Origin: an uncultured Nitrososphaeraceae archaeon
GTDB lineage: Archaea > Thermoproteota > Nitrososphaeria > Nitrososphaerales > Nitrososphaeraceae
Assembly (NCBI GenBank): GCA_963837175.1
Contig: CAWIMJ010000050.1
Coordinates: forward strand, 96,001-160,000
Direction: 5' to 3'
Length of the DNA: 64,000 bases
In this document: positions 42,579 through 54,626 of the stretch, one piece after another
Layout of the letters: each line of letters begins with the position of its first letter
Position numbering within the stretch: the first letter of the stretch is position 1
Program-made: the position numbers and the translations under genes
Notes under the pieces: generated by a model
The model's database searches: none
What the model was told of the DNA's origin: nothing
What the model saw: the letters and a program-made list of their open reading frames with translations, nothing else

Positions 42579-42965
42579 TTAAGGATATAGTGAATATCAT
42601 ATAAAAAAAGGTAATGAGAATATCAGGATGAAAAGTAACTTTCATTTTTAAGTGTTATTGCGCTTTGAATCCCGAGCACTCTTTCATTGTAGAGCCAATA
42701 ATGCAATAGAGATCTTAGTTGTCATGAATTAAAGCCATTCATTTGTATATCCTGATTCTTCTATAGATATACTTAGAAACAACTTGGCGAGTATCGTAAC
42801 AAGTACCACCAACTTCTCTTCATAAAAAAACTATAGAATGATTTTCTTACATTTGATCAGAGATAGGTCTATAACGGCTAAAAAATATATATACAATTTT
42901 AGATGATTTTGGTTATTTCCAGCCGAAAGATAGCTTAAAATCAGTCAGATTATGACCACCTTTTA

Positions 42966-44645
42966 GTGCAACATAAACCATATTCTAAGATTACAAGTGC
43001 TATAGTTACGAGTGCTCTTCCGTATGCTAATGGCGAAATTCATCTCGGCCATATTGCATCTACCTACTTGCCGGCGGATATTTTTGCAAGATATTCAAGA
43101 CTTAATGGAAGAGAGATATACCATGTTTGTGCCTCTGATGATTTTGGAACTCCGGTGTTAATCAAAGCTGAAAAAGAGAATAAAACACCTTCTGAATACG
43201 TCGATGCTTGGAACAAGCGAGATTATGCTGATTTTAATTTGCTGGGAATCTCCTTTGATATTTTTTCCAAAACAAGTTCAAAAGAAAATATAGAATTTGT
43301 CCAATATGTATTCAAGAAACTCAATGATAAGGGTCATATTTACAAAGAGGATGTAATTCAGTTCTATTGCCCATTTGACAATAAATTTTTGCCAGATAGA
43401 TATGTCATGGGAAAATGTCCCACTTGCGGGGCAGAAAATCAATATTCTGATCTGTGCGAAAAATGTGGTCGTGTTCCATCCCAGATATTAGATCCTGTGT
43501 GTGGTATATGCGGAAGATCCCCAATTAAAAAGAGTAGTACGCATTACTTCTTTAAACTTTCGAACTTCTCCAACCAACTCAAACTATGGTTGATAAACAA
43601 TAAGAATCTTCAGCGTGATGTTGCTAACTACGTAATGAATTGGATTGAGGAAGGACTTAAAGACTGGGATATAACTAGAGATTTATCGTGGGGTGTGAGG
43701 ATACCTTTATCTGAAGCAAAAGGAAAAGTGTTCTATGGATGGTTCGATAATCATCTTTGTTACATTTCTACTTTCTTAACTTTTTTTAAAAGTTCAGGGC
43801 GGAAAGACAAAGAGTTTTGGAATAACTCAGAAATCTATCACTTTATAGGTAAGGATATAATTTATCATCATTATCTATTTTTGCCTGCGATGCGTATGGG
43901 ATTAGATGAGGAGTACAAACTCCCTGATTATCTGCCCACCAGAGGACATTTGATGCTTGACAGTCAAAAAATCTCTAAGAGTAAAAATTGGTATATTGGT
44001 TTAAGGGAGTTTATAACTGCATTTAATCCAGACTATTTGAGATTTTATATAGCATCAATAACACCTTACTCGCAATCAGATATAAATTTTGATTGGAATT
44101 CATTCTTGGAAAAAATCAATAATGAACTCATAGCAAATATTGGGAATTTTGTTAATCGAACATTAACATTTATTCAGAAAAAGTTTAATGGTAAAGTTCC
44201 AGAGCCGATCAGCTATGACATAGAGGATCTGTCAAGTATAGAGGAGATCAAGGATATATCTACCGAAGTTGGTTCTCTGTTATCCCACAATGAATGTGAT
44301 AAGGCATTGAAGCACATTCTGAAATTTACTACTCATTTTAATCAATATTTTCAGAAAAAACAGCCATGGGCTAATATCAATCAGGCTGCAACCACAATGT
44401 ATATTGCCGTAAACGCGGTCAGGTCTATTGCTATTATGCTCGAGCCCTTTATTCCCTTTTCTAGCGAGAAAATTTGGTCCCAATTAGCTATTTCTGGAAC
44501 TGTGCATCATCAACAATGGCAATCTGTATCAGAATTGAAAATTCCTGCTGGTCATACTATCGGAACTATTGAAGCTCTTTTTCGTAAAATTGAACTCACT
44601 GAGATTGAAGAACAAAGAGCAAAATTAGGAAAAAGGAATGAATGA
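42966..44645 (+). CDS. metG: Methionine--tRNA ligase
   Basis: ALPYANGEIHLGH, Zn knuckles, DWDITRD, HFIGKDI, KISKS. Confidence 0.97.
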   Translation: MQHKPYSKITSAIVTSALPYANGEIHLGHIASTYLPADIFARYSRLNGREIYHVCASDDFGTPVLIKAEKENKTPSEYVDAWNKRDYADFNLLGISFDIFSKTSSKENIEFVQYVFKKLNDKGHIYKEDVIQFYCPFDNKFLPDRYVMGKCPTCGAENQYSDLCEKCGRVPSQILDPVCGICGRSPIKKSSTHYFFKLSNFSNQLKLWLINNKNLQRDVANYVMNWIEEGLKDWDITRDLSWGVRIPLSEAKGKVFYGWFDNHLCYISTFLTFFKSSGRKDKEFWNNSEIYHFIGKDIIYHHYLFLPAMRMGLDEEYKLPDYLPTRGHLMLDSQKISKSKNWYIGLREFITAFNPDYLRFYIASITPYSQSDINFDWNSFLEKINNELIANIGNFVNRTLTFIQKKFNGKVPEPISYDIEDLSSIEEIKDISTEVGSLLSHNECDKALKHILKFTTHFNQYFQKKQPWANINQAATTMYIAVNAVRSIAIMLEPFIPFSSEKIWSQLAISGTVHHQQWQSVSELKIPAGHTIGTIEALFRKIELTEIEEQRAKLGKRNE

Positions 44646-45180
44646 GAAACTAATACGTGGAATAATGGTAGGTCGTTTTCAACCCTTTCATAAAGGACAT
44701 CTTTCTCTTGTGAAGCAAATACTGGGAGATTGCGATGAATTAATAATTGCTATAGGAAGTGCACAATATAACTACATCTTTCAGGATCCATTTACTGCCG
44801 GCGAGAGAATGTCAATGATTCACAGGGCACTAACAGAAGCAAGGATCGATCTTACAAAGTGTTATATTGTACCGATTATCAACGATGAAAATAATGCACG
44901 ATGGCTTGCTCATTTGAGATCGATGGTTCCTCATTTTGATATCTTATTTTCTGGCAACCAATTTGTTAGGACGCTTGTTGCAGAAGGTGTTAAAATTAAG
45001 AAGCCGGAATTCATAGCAAAAAAGTACTACAATGGAACTTATATACGGAAAACAATAGCGGAAAAAGACAATTGGAGGAGCTTAGTTCCTAATGGAGTTT
45101 CTGAAATAATTGAAGAAATAGGAGGAGTGGCAAGGATTAAGATGCTATTACATTCTGATAGCAATCCACAAAGATGGTAA
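44638..45180 (+). CDS. nadM: Nicotinamide-nucleotide adenylyltransferase
   Basis: GRFQPFHKGH, IGSAQ, PFTAGER, NGTYIR, WRSLVP. Confidence 0.93.
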   Translation: MNEKLIRGIMVGRFQPFHKGHLSLVKQILGDCDELIIAIGSAQYNYIFQDPFTAGERMSMIHRALTEARIDLTKCYIVPIINDENNARWLAHLRSMVPHFDILFSGNQFVRTLVAEGVKIKKPEFIAKKYYNGTYIRKTIAEKDNWRSLVPNGVSEIIEEIGGVARIKMLLHSDSNPQRW

Positions 45181-45460
45181 ATTTTAGTAGACAGCACAGA
45201 TCTTGTCCTATTTGTCCTTACTGTGGCTCGAAAAAATTCAAGGTTTTGGATCGTCTTCAGGAAAATATAATTTTAGAGTGTTTGAAGTGCACTAAAAGGA
45301 TCTGTATTTGATATGGATAACTTCTGATTTATTACTCGAATTATTAAGCCTCCTAATCAATATACTAATAACAAAATTTATTCTTGAGTATCTTATTTAG
45401 GATGGTAACATCATAATAAATAGCGTCAAGTTTGCACATATTTGGGATCTAGTTTTAGAC

Positions 45461-46504
45461 ATGATAGCGCATATATATACCAATTTCTCACTCATGCTTA
45501 TGCCTGCTAAAACATGGCTGGACAAGGAAGTTAATCTTCGTTCAATTAAGGATGAAACTATTGCAGTGATAGGTTATGGTATTCAGGGTCGAGCACAGGC
45601 CAATAATATGAAGGAATCTGGTCTAAACATAATAGTTGGTTTAAGAAAGGATGGAAATTCATGGAAAATGGCACAGAAGGACGCCCATAAAGTAATGGAG
45701 ATTGGCAAGGCCGCAAATGAGGCAGACATTATTCACATCTTAATCCCAGATATGGAACAAGCTGATATATATAGAAGAGAGATAATGCCCTATCTTATAG
45801 AAAACAAAGCACTAAGCTTCTCACATGGTGCTGCTATTCACTGGAAGTGGATAGAACCACCAAAGAATATTGACGTCATTATGGTGGCTCCTAAAGGACC
45901 AGGGCAACGGGTGCGCGAGTTATATTCTGAGGGTTTTGGTACGCCGTCACTAGTAGCTGTATTCCAGGATTATACGAAGACGGCATGGAATAGAGTATTG
46001 GCAATGGCTAAAGGCATTGGTAGCACAAGACCAGGAGTTATTCAAACAACTTTTAAAGAAGAAGTCGAGACCGATTGGTTTGGAGAACAGGTTGACCTTT
46101 GTGGGGGTACTCACGCGTTGGTCATGCATGCATTTGAAACCCTAGTTGAGGCAGGCTATCAACCAGAAGTTGCATATTTTGAGTGTCTGCACGAATTAAA
46201 ATTAATTGTCGATCTGATTCATAAGTATGGCATTACCGGAATGTATAACCGTGTTAGTGAGACTGCCAGATATGGTGGATTGACTAGAGGGCCGAAGATA
46301 ATCGATAAAGATTCAAAATTAAAAATGACAAACTTTCTTAAAGATATTCAATCTGGAGAATTTGCAAAAGAGTGGGTAGGAATCTATAGGAAAGAGGGTA
46401 AAGATTCATTTACTCGATATATGAAAGAGATTGAAGAGCATCCTATAGAAAGAATAGGAAAGGGTATACGTAAAATGATGTGGCCAAATGAATCCGAATT
46501 TTGA
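45461..46504 (+). CDS. ilvC: Ketol-acid reductoisomerase
   Basis: GYGIQGRAQA, FSHG, APKGPG, ETDWFGEQVDLCGG, AYFECLHELKLIVD. Confidence 0.97.
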   Translation: MIAHIYTNFSLMLMPAKTWLDKEVNLRSIKDETIAVIGYGIQGRAQANNMKESGLNIIVGLRKDGNSWKMAQKDAHKVMEIGKAANEADIIHILIPDMEQADIYRREIMPYLIENKALSFSHGAAIHWKWIEPPKNIDVIMVAPKGPGQRVRELYSEGFGTPSLVAVFQDYTKTAWNRVLAMAKGIGSTRPGVIQTTFKEEVETDWFGEQVDLCGGTHALVMHAFETLVEAGYQPEVAYFECLHELKLIVDLIHKYGITGMYNRVSETARYGGLTRGPKIIDKDSKLKMTNFLKDIQSGEFAKEWVGIYRKEGKDSFTRYMKEIEEHPIERIGKGIRKMMWPNESEF

Positions 46505-46949
46505 TGGAAACATTCTATGTAGCGTAGGTTCGGCTTAGACATAAAGTTTCTTTGAATATGGTCTAACCACTGCCCAACATTCGAGTTCAATTTTATACCT
46601 CTGAATCCAGAAACAAGAAAAATATCAAAAACCAAATCTAATAAAATACTTATGAATGGGAAAAGCAAGCAAGTGACAAAAAAGGACTTATATTCGTAAA
46701 TCCATAGAATCGATGTATTCTAATATCGCTATCCTTAACTTTTAAATAAGTAGGCATATTTTAAACAGTTTTTACTATTGATGCAAAGTGATAGAAGGAG
46801 TACCTAATTAAAAGGCAGATTCAATGGTTGAAATAAACACGGGGATACACATTCATAGGATATCGCAATGATAGTGACCAACAAAATGAGAGTTCTGATA
46901 AAGCTTGAGTATAATGATATAATTGATTTTGTTGTAAGGTGACAAATGT

Positions 46950-48441
46950 TCAAGAATTTCTTTCTGTCTTATAAAAGAGCCCCCTCTTTTCTAAAGAAAC
47001 CTCTTAAACTTCCGATCACAAAAGCAGGCATTGTACATAAATTTAAAAATAGTAAAGATAGTGAGTCTTTCATATCGTAATTTCTTATATGGCTACAAAG
47101 AGGCATTGCCAGAAGACTAGTTCCAATAATAGCTAAGATGTTAGCAATTTGTATAAATAACGTTAGATTCAATAGATTATTGTTTCTGATGAATTCTATT
47201 CCACTACTCATTAGTATGGTGCAATCCATAATGATCAAAGCAAACAGGGGAATGAACTTTGCATATTGTCCTCCTATAAAGAAGAACTCTATTTTATCGA
47301 TTAATCTTATTTTACTAGTCAATATCTTTATGAGATTTCTTCTAAATGCTCTGGTATGACCTTCACTTACTCTCATTCTTTGTCTGAAATATGGTTCAAG
47401 TTCGGTTGATGCTTCACAATATGATACAAGTAACGGGTCAAAAATTACTTTCTTACTATTTCTATTTCTCCAACAATTGAAATTTGCTTCATCGCCATCT
47501 GAGGACGTCATATTAGATTGAAAGTATATATCCAATGTTAATTCCCAATCTTCACACAGATCATTTGAAAAGCCAAACTGTTTAATTAAGTCTGATCTTA
47601 TCATAAAGAGACTGCCGGTGATCTGAACAGGCAAATTAATGCGATCCTTAGCCAGAAATTCTATTTTATTTCTTTGTGCGAGTCTGAACTCAATTCCTCT
47701 GGCGACCCAGTTACTAGTACGAAAATCTAAGACGGCATTACTATTATTAAAAACGGTTGATATTGGATAGCCTTGTATAGCATCTATGTGATTCCCATTC
47801 GAATTATATTTAGAGAAATATGTTACAAATCTTTCCAATGTGTCATTTACAAGTATACTGTCTGCATCTACAACAAAAACATACGAACTCTTAATACTTA
47901 AATTTTTGAGAGCCAGATTAAGAGCGCCTCCTTTCCATCCGGTCCGCTCATTTCTATGTATGAGTTTAAGATTTGAAATTTGTAGTTTCCACTTTTTTAG
48001 AACATCAAAAGTATTATCTTCTGAATCGTCAACCACGATAATCTCAAACTTATCACTATTATATGTTAATACAGCGCATGATCTCATTAAACGATCTATT
48101 ACCAAACGTTCATTGTATGTTGCAACTAATATAGAAATAAAAGGAGAGTCAAATCCCTTGATCCTTATGCTCGTTGTTTTCTCATTAACGGAGTTGTTCA
48201 TGTGTAAATAGCTTACATTAAAATTTATTGTATTATTATTCAAATTTATGCCTCTGTTAAGGCGGTTGTCTATTGAGGCAGAGACAGACGAGGAGTTATA
48301 TAAATTATAAGAGGATCGCCTTTTTTTCTGTAACTCTCTTATAGCAGTAAAAGAAAATAATAATGACCTGATTGAATAAGCAGATAGGAATAATGATAGA
48401 ATCAATAAAAATGCTGTTACAATGACAGGAATCATTCTCAC
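46950..48441 (-). CDS. Cellulose-synthase-like membrane GT2; probable +1 error in the C5 run at 46980-46984 (ORF-track stop 46969)
   Basis: ATYNE, VVDDS, GWKGGALN, VDAD, CEDWELT, QRMRVSEG; removing one base gives ...KEGLFYKTERNS* ending at 46950. Confidence 0.85.
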
Positions 48442-49193
48442 TATTTATATCATTATATAGCTTATAAAACATTGAAAGAATCTGATAGAAATACAATAAT
48501 AAGATCTCACAAATAAGGCAGAATATATTCATGTTATTTAGTTAGTGATTTCAAACGATATTATTCACTCTAATGGCTCTATATAATTTGTTAATTGGTT
48601 CATTTTATTTGTAGCTTGTCAGCCTTAAGAACACTTTGAAGCGATCATCGATGATTTAGTTATAATACTTCCATAATCCAAGTATTCAAAACTGATGGTT
48701 TCAATTGTCTCCTCAGCAGCGAATAGCAGTGTCAGTTATTAATCAGTAGCAGGTGTATTAGGGTTATCGTTATTTGAAGAAAATGAGTTTTAGAAGGTGT
48801 TGTCATTTTTATTGTATTATACTCCAACAATATCTTAAAGATAATTACAAGTATAAAACACATATAACTCCTCTTGATTATTAATAAAAGAATTAATTAT
48901 TTAATTTCATAATGAACTCTCGATGTATATAATTTCAAAAGGATGATCGAATTTCTCCAGTTCTCAAACTAATTTTGAATTTTAATATTTAGATATACTT
49001 GATATTAGAGTAGTTTTATTCTATAGAATGTTTATGAATCTAGGTCAATTTCATCGAAGTTATAGTTTCCCTTTAAACGAGCCATTAATAACACTAATAT
49101 CGAAAACATTTTCAGACGGTTATTATTATAAGACAGTTATCATCAGAGTTCGATCCTACAAACTGGTAGGTATATAAGAAAATATTAAAAGAC

Positions 49194-49457
49194 ATGAGAA
49201 ACGAAAATAAAAAGAAAAAAGAAGGAGAGAAAATAAAATCTAATAAAGAGAATTATAAGAACAGAAGATGGGATGCAGTAGTAGTAGGAATTGGAATGTC
49301 CACTGCATTTGTTATAGTACTTATGAAACTAACCGGGTATTGGCCTTGTGAAATTCTCTCTCTACGAATTGAGGAGATATCATGTGATAAGTCTATTCAG
49401 GATAACATGGCTTCTATAGTAAATTGGCTGCAGAACGGTCTCTTTCACCATTTCTGA
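49194..49457 (+). CDS. Small single-pass membrane protein
   Basis: Basic N-terminus followed by one TM helix. Confidence 0.45.
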   Translation: MRNENKKKKEGEKIKSNKENYKNRRWDAVVVGIGMSTAFVIVLMKLTGYWPCEILSLRIEEISCDKSIQDNMASIVNWLQNGLFHHF

Positions 49458-50382
49458 GCACAATTTCTTCAAAGTATCGAATTATTGTAATTTCGGAGAT
49501 AGAGGGCTTCACAATATCTTTTCCATTTATCATGTCAATAATCATTGCAGGAAAATTCGCCCCGGCCAACGTTGTAAATATCGTTCCACCTCCTAACCTC
49601 GGATTTATTTCAATTATCTTAAGAATGCCTTCTGCTGACTCCTTCATCTGAATACAGCATGGACCTCTAATACCTACATGTTTTGCAATATTCATACATT
49701 CTGTTTCAGTATTTTGGTCATTTACGATTCTTCCTTTGGTAGATACACCCGCCTTAGTTTGTATCCGTAGTCTAGGTACGGCCATTATTGGTTCTTTATT
49801 CATATCAGACAATACATCTATTGTATATTCTTTACCAGGAAGATATTCTTGAAATATCATATCATGAAACTTTGAGGTTACATATCTCAGATCCACTTCA
49901 TCTTCAATTTTGATAACATTTCTACTACCTTTTCCGTATCGTGGTTTTGCAATTATGGGAAATGCTCTAATCCTCTCTGGTTGCATAGTCGTAAAGGGAT
50001 GTTCAAAATTATTGGAAATAGTCTCAAAAGTCAACATCTTGTCACGACAAATTTCAAGACTATCTCTATCGCTTACTATTGCGTGCGCTCCTATCTCTGC
50101 TAATTTCTTACGATTTTCACTATATGGATAAATATCGAAGCCTGAAGTAGGCAAAAGAACTTCTACGTTATGTTTTATTACGATTTTTAACAGTCTATCC
50201 ACAAAAGAGTCGTTCTCCGCTTCAGGAACCTCTTCACTAGCATTAGCCATGAAGAATCCAGCTGACAAAGGGCTTGAATCTGTAGCAACAATTTTACCCC
50301 TATAGTTAGCCATCTTTAAAGACTTTATTGAGTTTATACCTGCAGGGCCGGAGGCCCCTGGAATGAGAACAACTGATATCAT
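49414..50382 (-). CDS. ATP-grasp fold ligase (carbamoyl-phosphate-synthase-like)
   Basis: CRDK, KPRYGKGSR, QEYLPGKEYTID, IEINPRLGGG. Confidence 0.9.
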   Translation of the reverse strand: MISVVLIPGASGPAGINSIKSLKMANYRGKIVATDSSPLSAGFFMANASEEVPEAENDSFVDRLLKIVIKHNVEVLLPTSGFDIYPYSENRKKLAEIGAHAIVSDRDSLEICRDKMLTFETISNNFEHPFTTMQPERIRAFPIIAKPRYGKGSRNVIKIEDEVDLRYVTSKFHDMIFQEYLPGKEYTIDVLSDMNKEPIMAVPRLRIQTKAGVSTKGRIVNDQNTETECMNIAKHVGIRGPCCIQMKESAEGILKIIEINPRLGGGTIFTTLAGANFPAMIIDMINGKDIVKPSISEITIIRYFEEIVLRNGERDRSAANLL

Positions 50383-50502
50383 TAACTTACGTAAAATACA
50401 TTATCAATACTTATATTCGTTATAATTAAATTACTTTTAAACATTTACTTCTTTAAATCACAAAGTTGAAATTTCGCTAATGGAAAATTCAATTGTATAC
50501 TT

Positions 50503-51126
50503 TTGAACCTCAAAGAAGATTATCATGTACACTGCAATTATAACGATCATTCTGCACGTGATCTAACAATCAAAAATGTCATAAGACAGGCCGAAGCAAT
50601 TGGCTTAGAAACTCTCGCTTTTACTGAGCACGTAAGGAAAAATTCAGAATGGATACCTAAGTACCTTAAAGAGTTAGAGTTTTACGATAATAATTCTCCA
50701 ATAAGGATCCTTCACGGATTTGAAGCCAAGATTCTTGAGGATGGCTCAATAGATTGCCCGGAACAATATAGTAGAGATTATTTCATTATTGCTAGTTTTC
50801 ATACCAAATATAATAGCAAAGAAATTTGGGTAAACGCACTCAAGAAAGCTATTGAAAATCCCGATGTCGATGTAATAGGACATATCGCACCAGAATACTC
50901 ATTTGCACTTGAGAGCAGAGAAGTCGATCAGTTGGCTTCTCTGATGGTAAAAAATAAAAAAATCGTCGAACTTAATGCTAAATATCATAGACCACCTGGT
51001 GATTGGGTAGTTATATTTAAGAAAAGAGGTGTTACATTACATCTTGGAAGCGATGCCCATTGCTTGGAAGCGATAGGACAGTATCAAAAAATTTCAGATC
51101 TTATTTCCCTTGCTGATTCCTCTTAG
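50503..51126 (+). CDS. PHP-domain phosphoesterase
   Basis: DYHVH, FTEH, ASFH, VIGH, LGSDAH. Confidence 0.9.
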   Translation: MNLKEDYHVHCNYNDHSARDLTIKNVIRQAEAIGLETLAFTEHVRKNSEWIPKYLKELEFYDNNSPIRILHGFEAKILEDGSIDCPEQYSRDYFIIASFHTKYNSKEIWVNALKKAIENPDVDVIGHIAPEYSFALESREVDQLASLMVKNKKIVELNAKYHRPPGDWVVIFKKRGVTLHLGSDAHCLEAIGQYQKISDLISLADSS

Positions 51127-52182
51127 ATTTCTGTCCTTGAAATTAAGAATGAATTAGCTTAGTCTATAATATACTTTAGGTTCCATTTATTTTTTAATGC
51201 ATAAAAGGTGATAATTTTAAACACATTATTCAGTGCTATATTGGCATTATTTTTCTTTCTCTTTTAGAGAAAATTTTTTTTCCATTTGTAGATGATGAAA
51301 TGATATGTGTAAAATTTAGAGAAGTGAAGATGATATCAATAGTATCATGCACGATCGATCTTAATATACTAGGATATTTCTCCATTTATTTCTCTGCTAA
51401 AGAACGTAGAGATTGTTCTATTACTCAAAATAAATGTTCATTTTTAATGAGGCATGAAATCGATGGATTAACTATCTTTTATCTATCTGTGTTTAGTTAT
51501 TTACATCGTTATTTACATCCAAATCTAAAGAATCCCGATCTAAAGGTAATGATTATTCATCTATTAAAACACATGTGTTTGTCAATATGTATCTAATAAT
51601 TTTTCTTTTTTCTCTTGCAGAAAATTTTTATTCATACTGCTAAACTCATTTCGATGAAAAGTAGGGTGCATATCATGACAATATCCTCTCTGTACAAATA
51701 TGATGATGTCTCTCTGCTAAATTACGATAATGAAAGACGAACAAAGTATAAATCCATAATCAATATTTTTCAAGATCTCGTCTATCTTATTTCATATTCA
51801 AGCGCCTATCAATTATCATGATCATAGGCTGAGAATTAATTTGCTACAATATCATCTGGATAAGAGATTTCTAGTGCAATAATATATTTTCACGCAAGTC
51901 CATTTTGTTCAGGCGTTTTTTATAAGCTATGGTAATATTCTCTATAGTTGAACAGAGCTTACTCTTATCTGACTGCCTATGATTTCTTTCAATATTTCAG
52001 TATTGCGAATATGAACTGTTTCAACTTGAATCGAATCAATATGAGCAAATACGGAAGAGTTAGGCATCGTATCTAAAATTTACGACTCTGGTTTATCTCT
52101 TGTTTTGCTCTAAATTTGGGAACTACTGAAACACTGTTCATTGATTTTTTGTATAACGCCGTGAATATCTAACTATCTAAAA

Positions 52183-53583
52183 TTAAAATTTTCTCGCTTT
52201 TGGATTCAGAATAGAATCAAGCGTATTACCTATAAGTACAAAAGAAAGTCCTGTAAGGGCAATCATGAATCCGGGAGGCATTATCCACCACCATAAACCT
52301 CGAGAAACTGCTCCAGCTGAATTTGCTTCATGGAGAATTTGTCCCCAAGTAGGAATAGTAGGATCTCCTAATCCCAAGAAACTTAGAGCTGCTTCTCCCA
52401 GAATAGCCCCAGGAACTGAGATGGCAATACTCGCAAATGTTAAAGGAAGAAGTTGTGGGATTATATGTTTGAATATTATTTTTATATCAGATTGCCCCAT
52501 TAATTTCGCTGCTTCGACATATTGTAAATTCTTTATTTGCATGGCAAGACTCCTTGTAACTTTTGCTGTACCAGCCCAGCCAAAAATTACTAAAAAGCCA
52601 GTAATGAGAAATATACTTCGACCAATAGTAACAGACATTATAACAAGGAGAGGAAGGGCTGGTAGCGTATAAAAAATATCATTAATTCGCATTAGTCCTT
52701 CATCTGTTCGATTTCCTTTGTATCCAGCCATAACTCCGTAAATCAATCCTATAACTACAGATCCTATCGACACACTCAACCCAATGAATAGTGCTACGGG
52801 CGCTCCCCATAGAATGCCTATTGCCAGATCCCGGCGTAATTCATCAGTACCCATTAATCCATAAACTCTTCCTCCAAGAATTAATCCAGATTCTTGGACA
52901 GTATCAGAATCGTTAAAAAGGTAAAATGTTTCTTTGACAATATATTTTCCCTTCAATACTTTGTTTTCTTCAACGTCTGAAAATATCATCACCTGTGGTT
53001 TTGATATATCCTGAGGATATCTAAAAGAGTCTCCTATTTGTCGAAGATATTCACTTATGATTGGATCCGTAGAAAATATTCTGGATGAGAATTGGTTTTC
53101 ATTGCTCTTTACTAAAGATGAAGGTAAGGAGGAATAGTAAATTTTAAACTGCTCTCCATCTGGTCTTATTATGTCCACCTGCAATACTGGAGGTATCTGA
53201 CCATATTGTACAGAGTATGGAATTATGAAGTCACTTGGGTAAGAATCGTATGAGAAATCTATCGTGTAGGAATGAATTTCAGTTTGTATATTATCAGCGA
53301 TTACTATCTTTGTTATTGACGCATCATCTAAAGTCATGATAAGATGTTCAAAGACTTTAGGAGCAAATATTCCCGCGTTTGTCCATTGAGGCGCTGCTGC
53401 TTTAGGATAATTAATCCAATAGTCTGGATTATTCCATTGTCTAAATGATTCCAATGGGACTGCTAGAATTGCATACAACGAAATTATAATCAGTGACAGC
53501 AAAATGATAAGACCTACTATTCCACTTTTAGATCGACGGAATTCTGTTAAGAAAGCAGAACGAGGAACTATTTGGTTAGTCAT
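52183..53583 (-). CDS. Peptide/nickel ABC transporter permease (DppC/OppC-like)
   Basis: LMGTDELRRDL, EAA loop YVEAAKLMGQS, LSFLGLG, WWWIMPPG. Confidence 0.93.
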   Translation of the reverse strand: MTNQIVPRSAFLTEFRRSKSGIVGLIILLSLIIISLYAILAVPLESFRQWNNPDYWINYPKAAAPQWTNAGIFAPKVFEHLIMTLDDASITKIVIADNIQTEIHSYTIDFSYDSYPSDFIIPYSVQYGQIPPVLQVDIIRPDGEQFKIYYSSLPSSLVKSNENQFSSRIFSTDPIISEYLRQIGDSFRYPQDISKPQVMIFSDVEENKVLKGKYIVKETFYLFNDSDTVQESGLILGGRVYGLMGTDELRRDLAIGILWGAPVALFIGLSVSIGSVVIGLIYGVMAGYKGNRTDEGLMRINDIFYTLPALPLLVIMSVTIGRSIFLITGFLVIFGWAGTAKVTRSLAMQIKNLQYVEAAKLMGQSDIKIIFKHIIPQLLPLTFASIAISVPGAILGEAALSFLGLGDPTIPTWGQILHEANSAGAVSRGLWWWIMPPGFMIALTGLSFVLIGNTLDSILNPKARKF

Positions 53584-54626
53584 CTTGCTTTTATCCTTGG
53601 ATCAAAGAATACATAGAAGAGATCTGTAATGAATATCGCAACAACAAAAATTAAGGTCGAGACATATGTAAGACCAATAATAATAGGGACATCCGAGAGT
53701 CCTATCGCGTCATAATACAACTTACCTATTCCAGGCCAATCAAAAACTGCCTCAACTGTTATTGCTCCTCCAAAGGAAGTCGCCAAACTTAGTGCTATGA
53801 TAGTTACAATTGGCGGGGCTGCGTTTTTTAAAGCATGTGAATATAGAATTTTCCGCTTGGATATTCCTATGGCCCTTTTAGATACTATATAATCTTCGCT
53901 TAAAAACCTCTCGACAAAATATCTAACTATATATGCCCATGATCCAAAACCTACCAGAATTAGGGTCATAAAAGGCAATATCATATGGTATAGTAAATCC
54001 GAAATATAAGAGACATCGGAGGGTGAAGTGAGGGGAGTAGACCGGGAAGGAAAAATATGGAATACAAACGCAAATGCGTATATCATTAACATACCTATCC
54101 ACCAAATTGGGAAGCTTGTGCTAAATACCGCAAGTGCAGAATTCGTTCTATCCCAAATGGATCCAGCCTTGCTTGCTACAAATGCACCAAGAAATAGTCC
54201 GATAATTGTTATAACTATTGTTGATGTAGTGAACAATAATAAAGTCTTAGGGATCCTTTCTATTATGATATCGCGTACACTCGAGGAGCCTGAATCAGTA
54301 GTAAAAAAATGAGAATTTCCCAGATCTAATATCGCTACCTTAAATAAAGTATTTAAAAATCGTGTAGGTGAATACCACGGCTCATTTAGGCCTAACGTTT
54401 TGTATTCAAAATCTTTTTGTACGTCTATATATTTTTGCCGGTCTTGGACGCTTTCAAATTTTATATCGCCTTTATTTACTTGATCAAGAACATTTACATT
54501 CACTGAATTTTTCAAAACTTTGTCCATGGTGTCGCCTAACAAACCTATCGTCATAACTAATGTTACAAAGAGAACTATCATCATATTCATTGATCTCTTT
54601 AACAGATAATGAAGAAAGCCTCCCAA
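53580..54626 (-). CDS. Peptide/nickel ABC transporter permease (DppB/OppB-like)
   Basis: LDLGNS, DYIVSKRAIG, HALKNA, VEAVFDWPGIG, DPRIK; overlaps the next gene. Confidence 0.93.
   Translation of the reverse strand: MGGFLHYLLKRSMNMMIVLFVTLVMTIGLLGDTMDKVLKNSVNVNVLDQVNKGDIKFESVQDRQKYIDVQKDFEYKTLGLNEPWYSPTRFLNTLFKVAILDLGNSHFFTTDSGSSSVRDIIIERIPKTLLLFTTSTIVITIIGLFLGAFVASKAGSIWDRTNSALAVFSTSFPIWWIGMLMIYAFAFVFHIFPSRSTPLTSPSDVSYISDLLYHMILPFMTLILVGFGSWAYIVRYFVERFLSEDYIVSKRAIGISKRKILYSHALKNAAPPIVTIIALSLATSFGGAITVEAVFDWPGIGKLYYDAIGLSDVPIIIGLTYVSTLIFVVAIFITDLFYVFFDPRIKAR

Noticed and set aside
51300-51821. ORFs 51300-51596 and 51615-51821
   Set aside because: Composition typical of AT-rich non-coding DNA; no motifs
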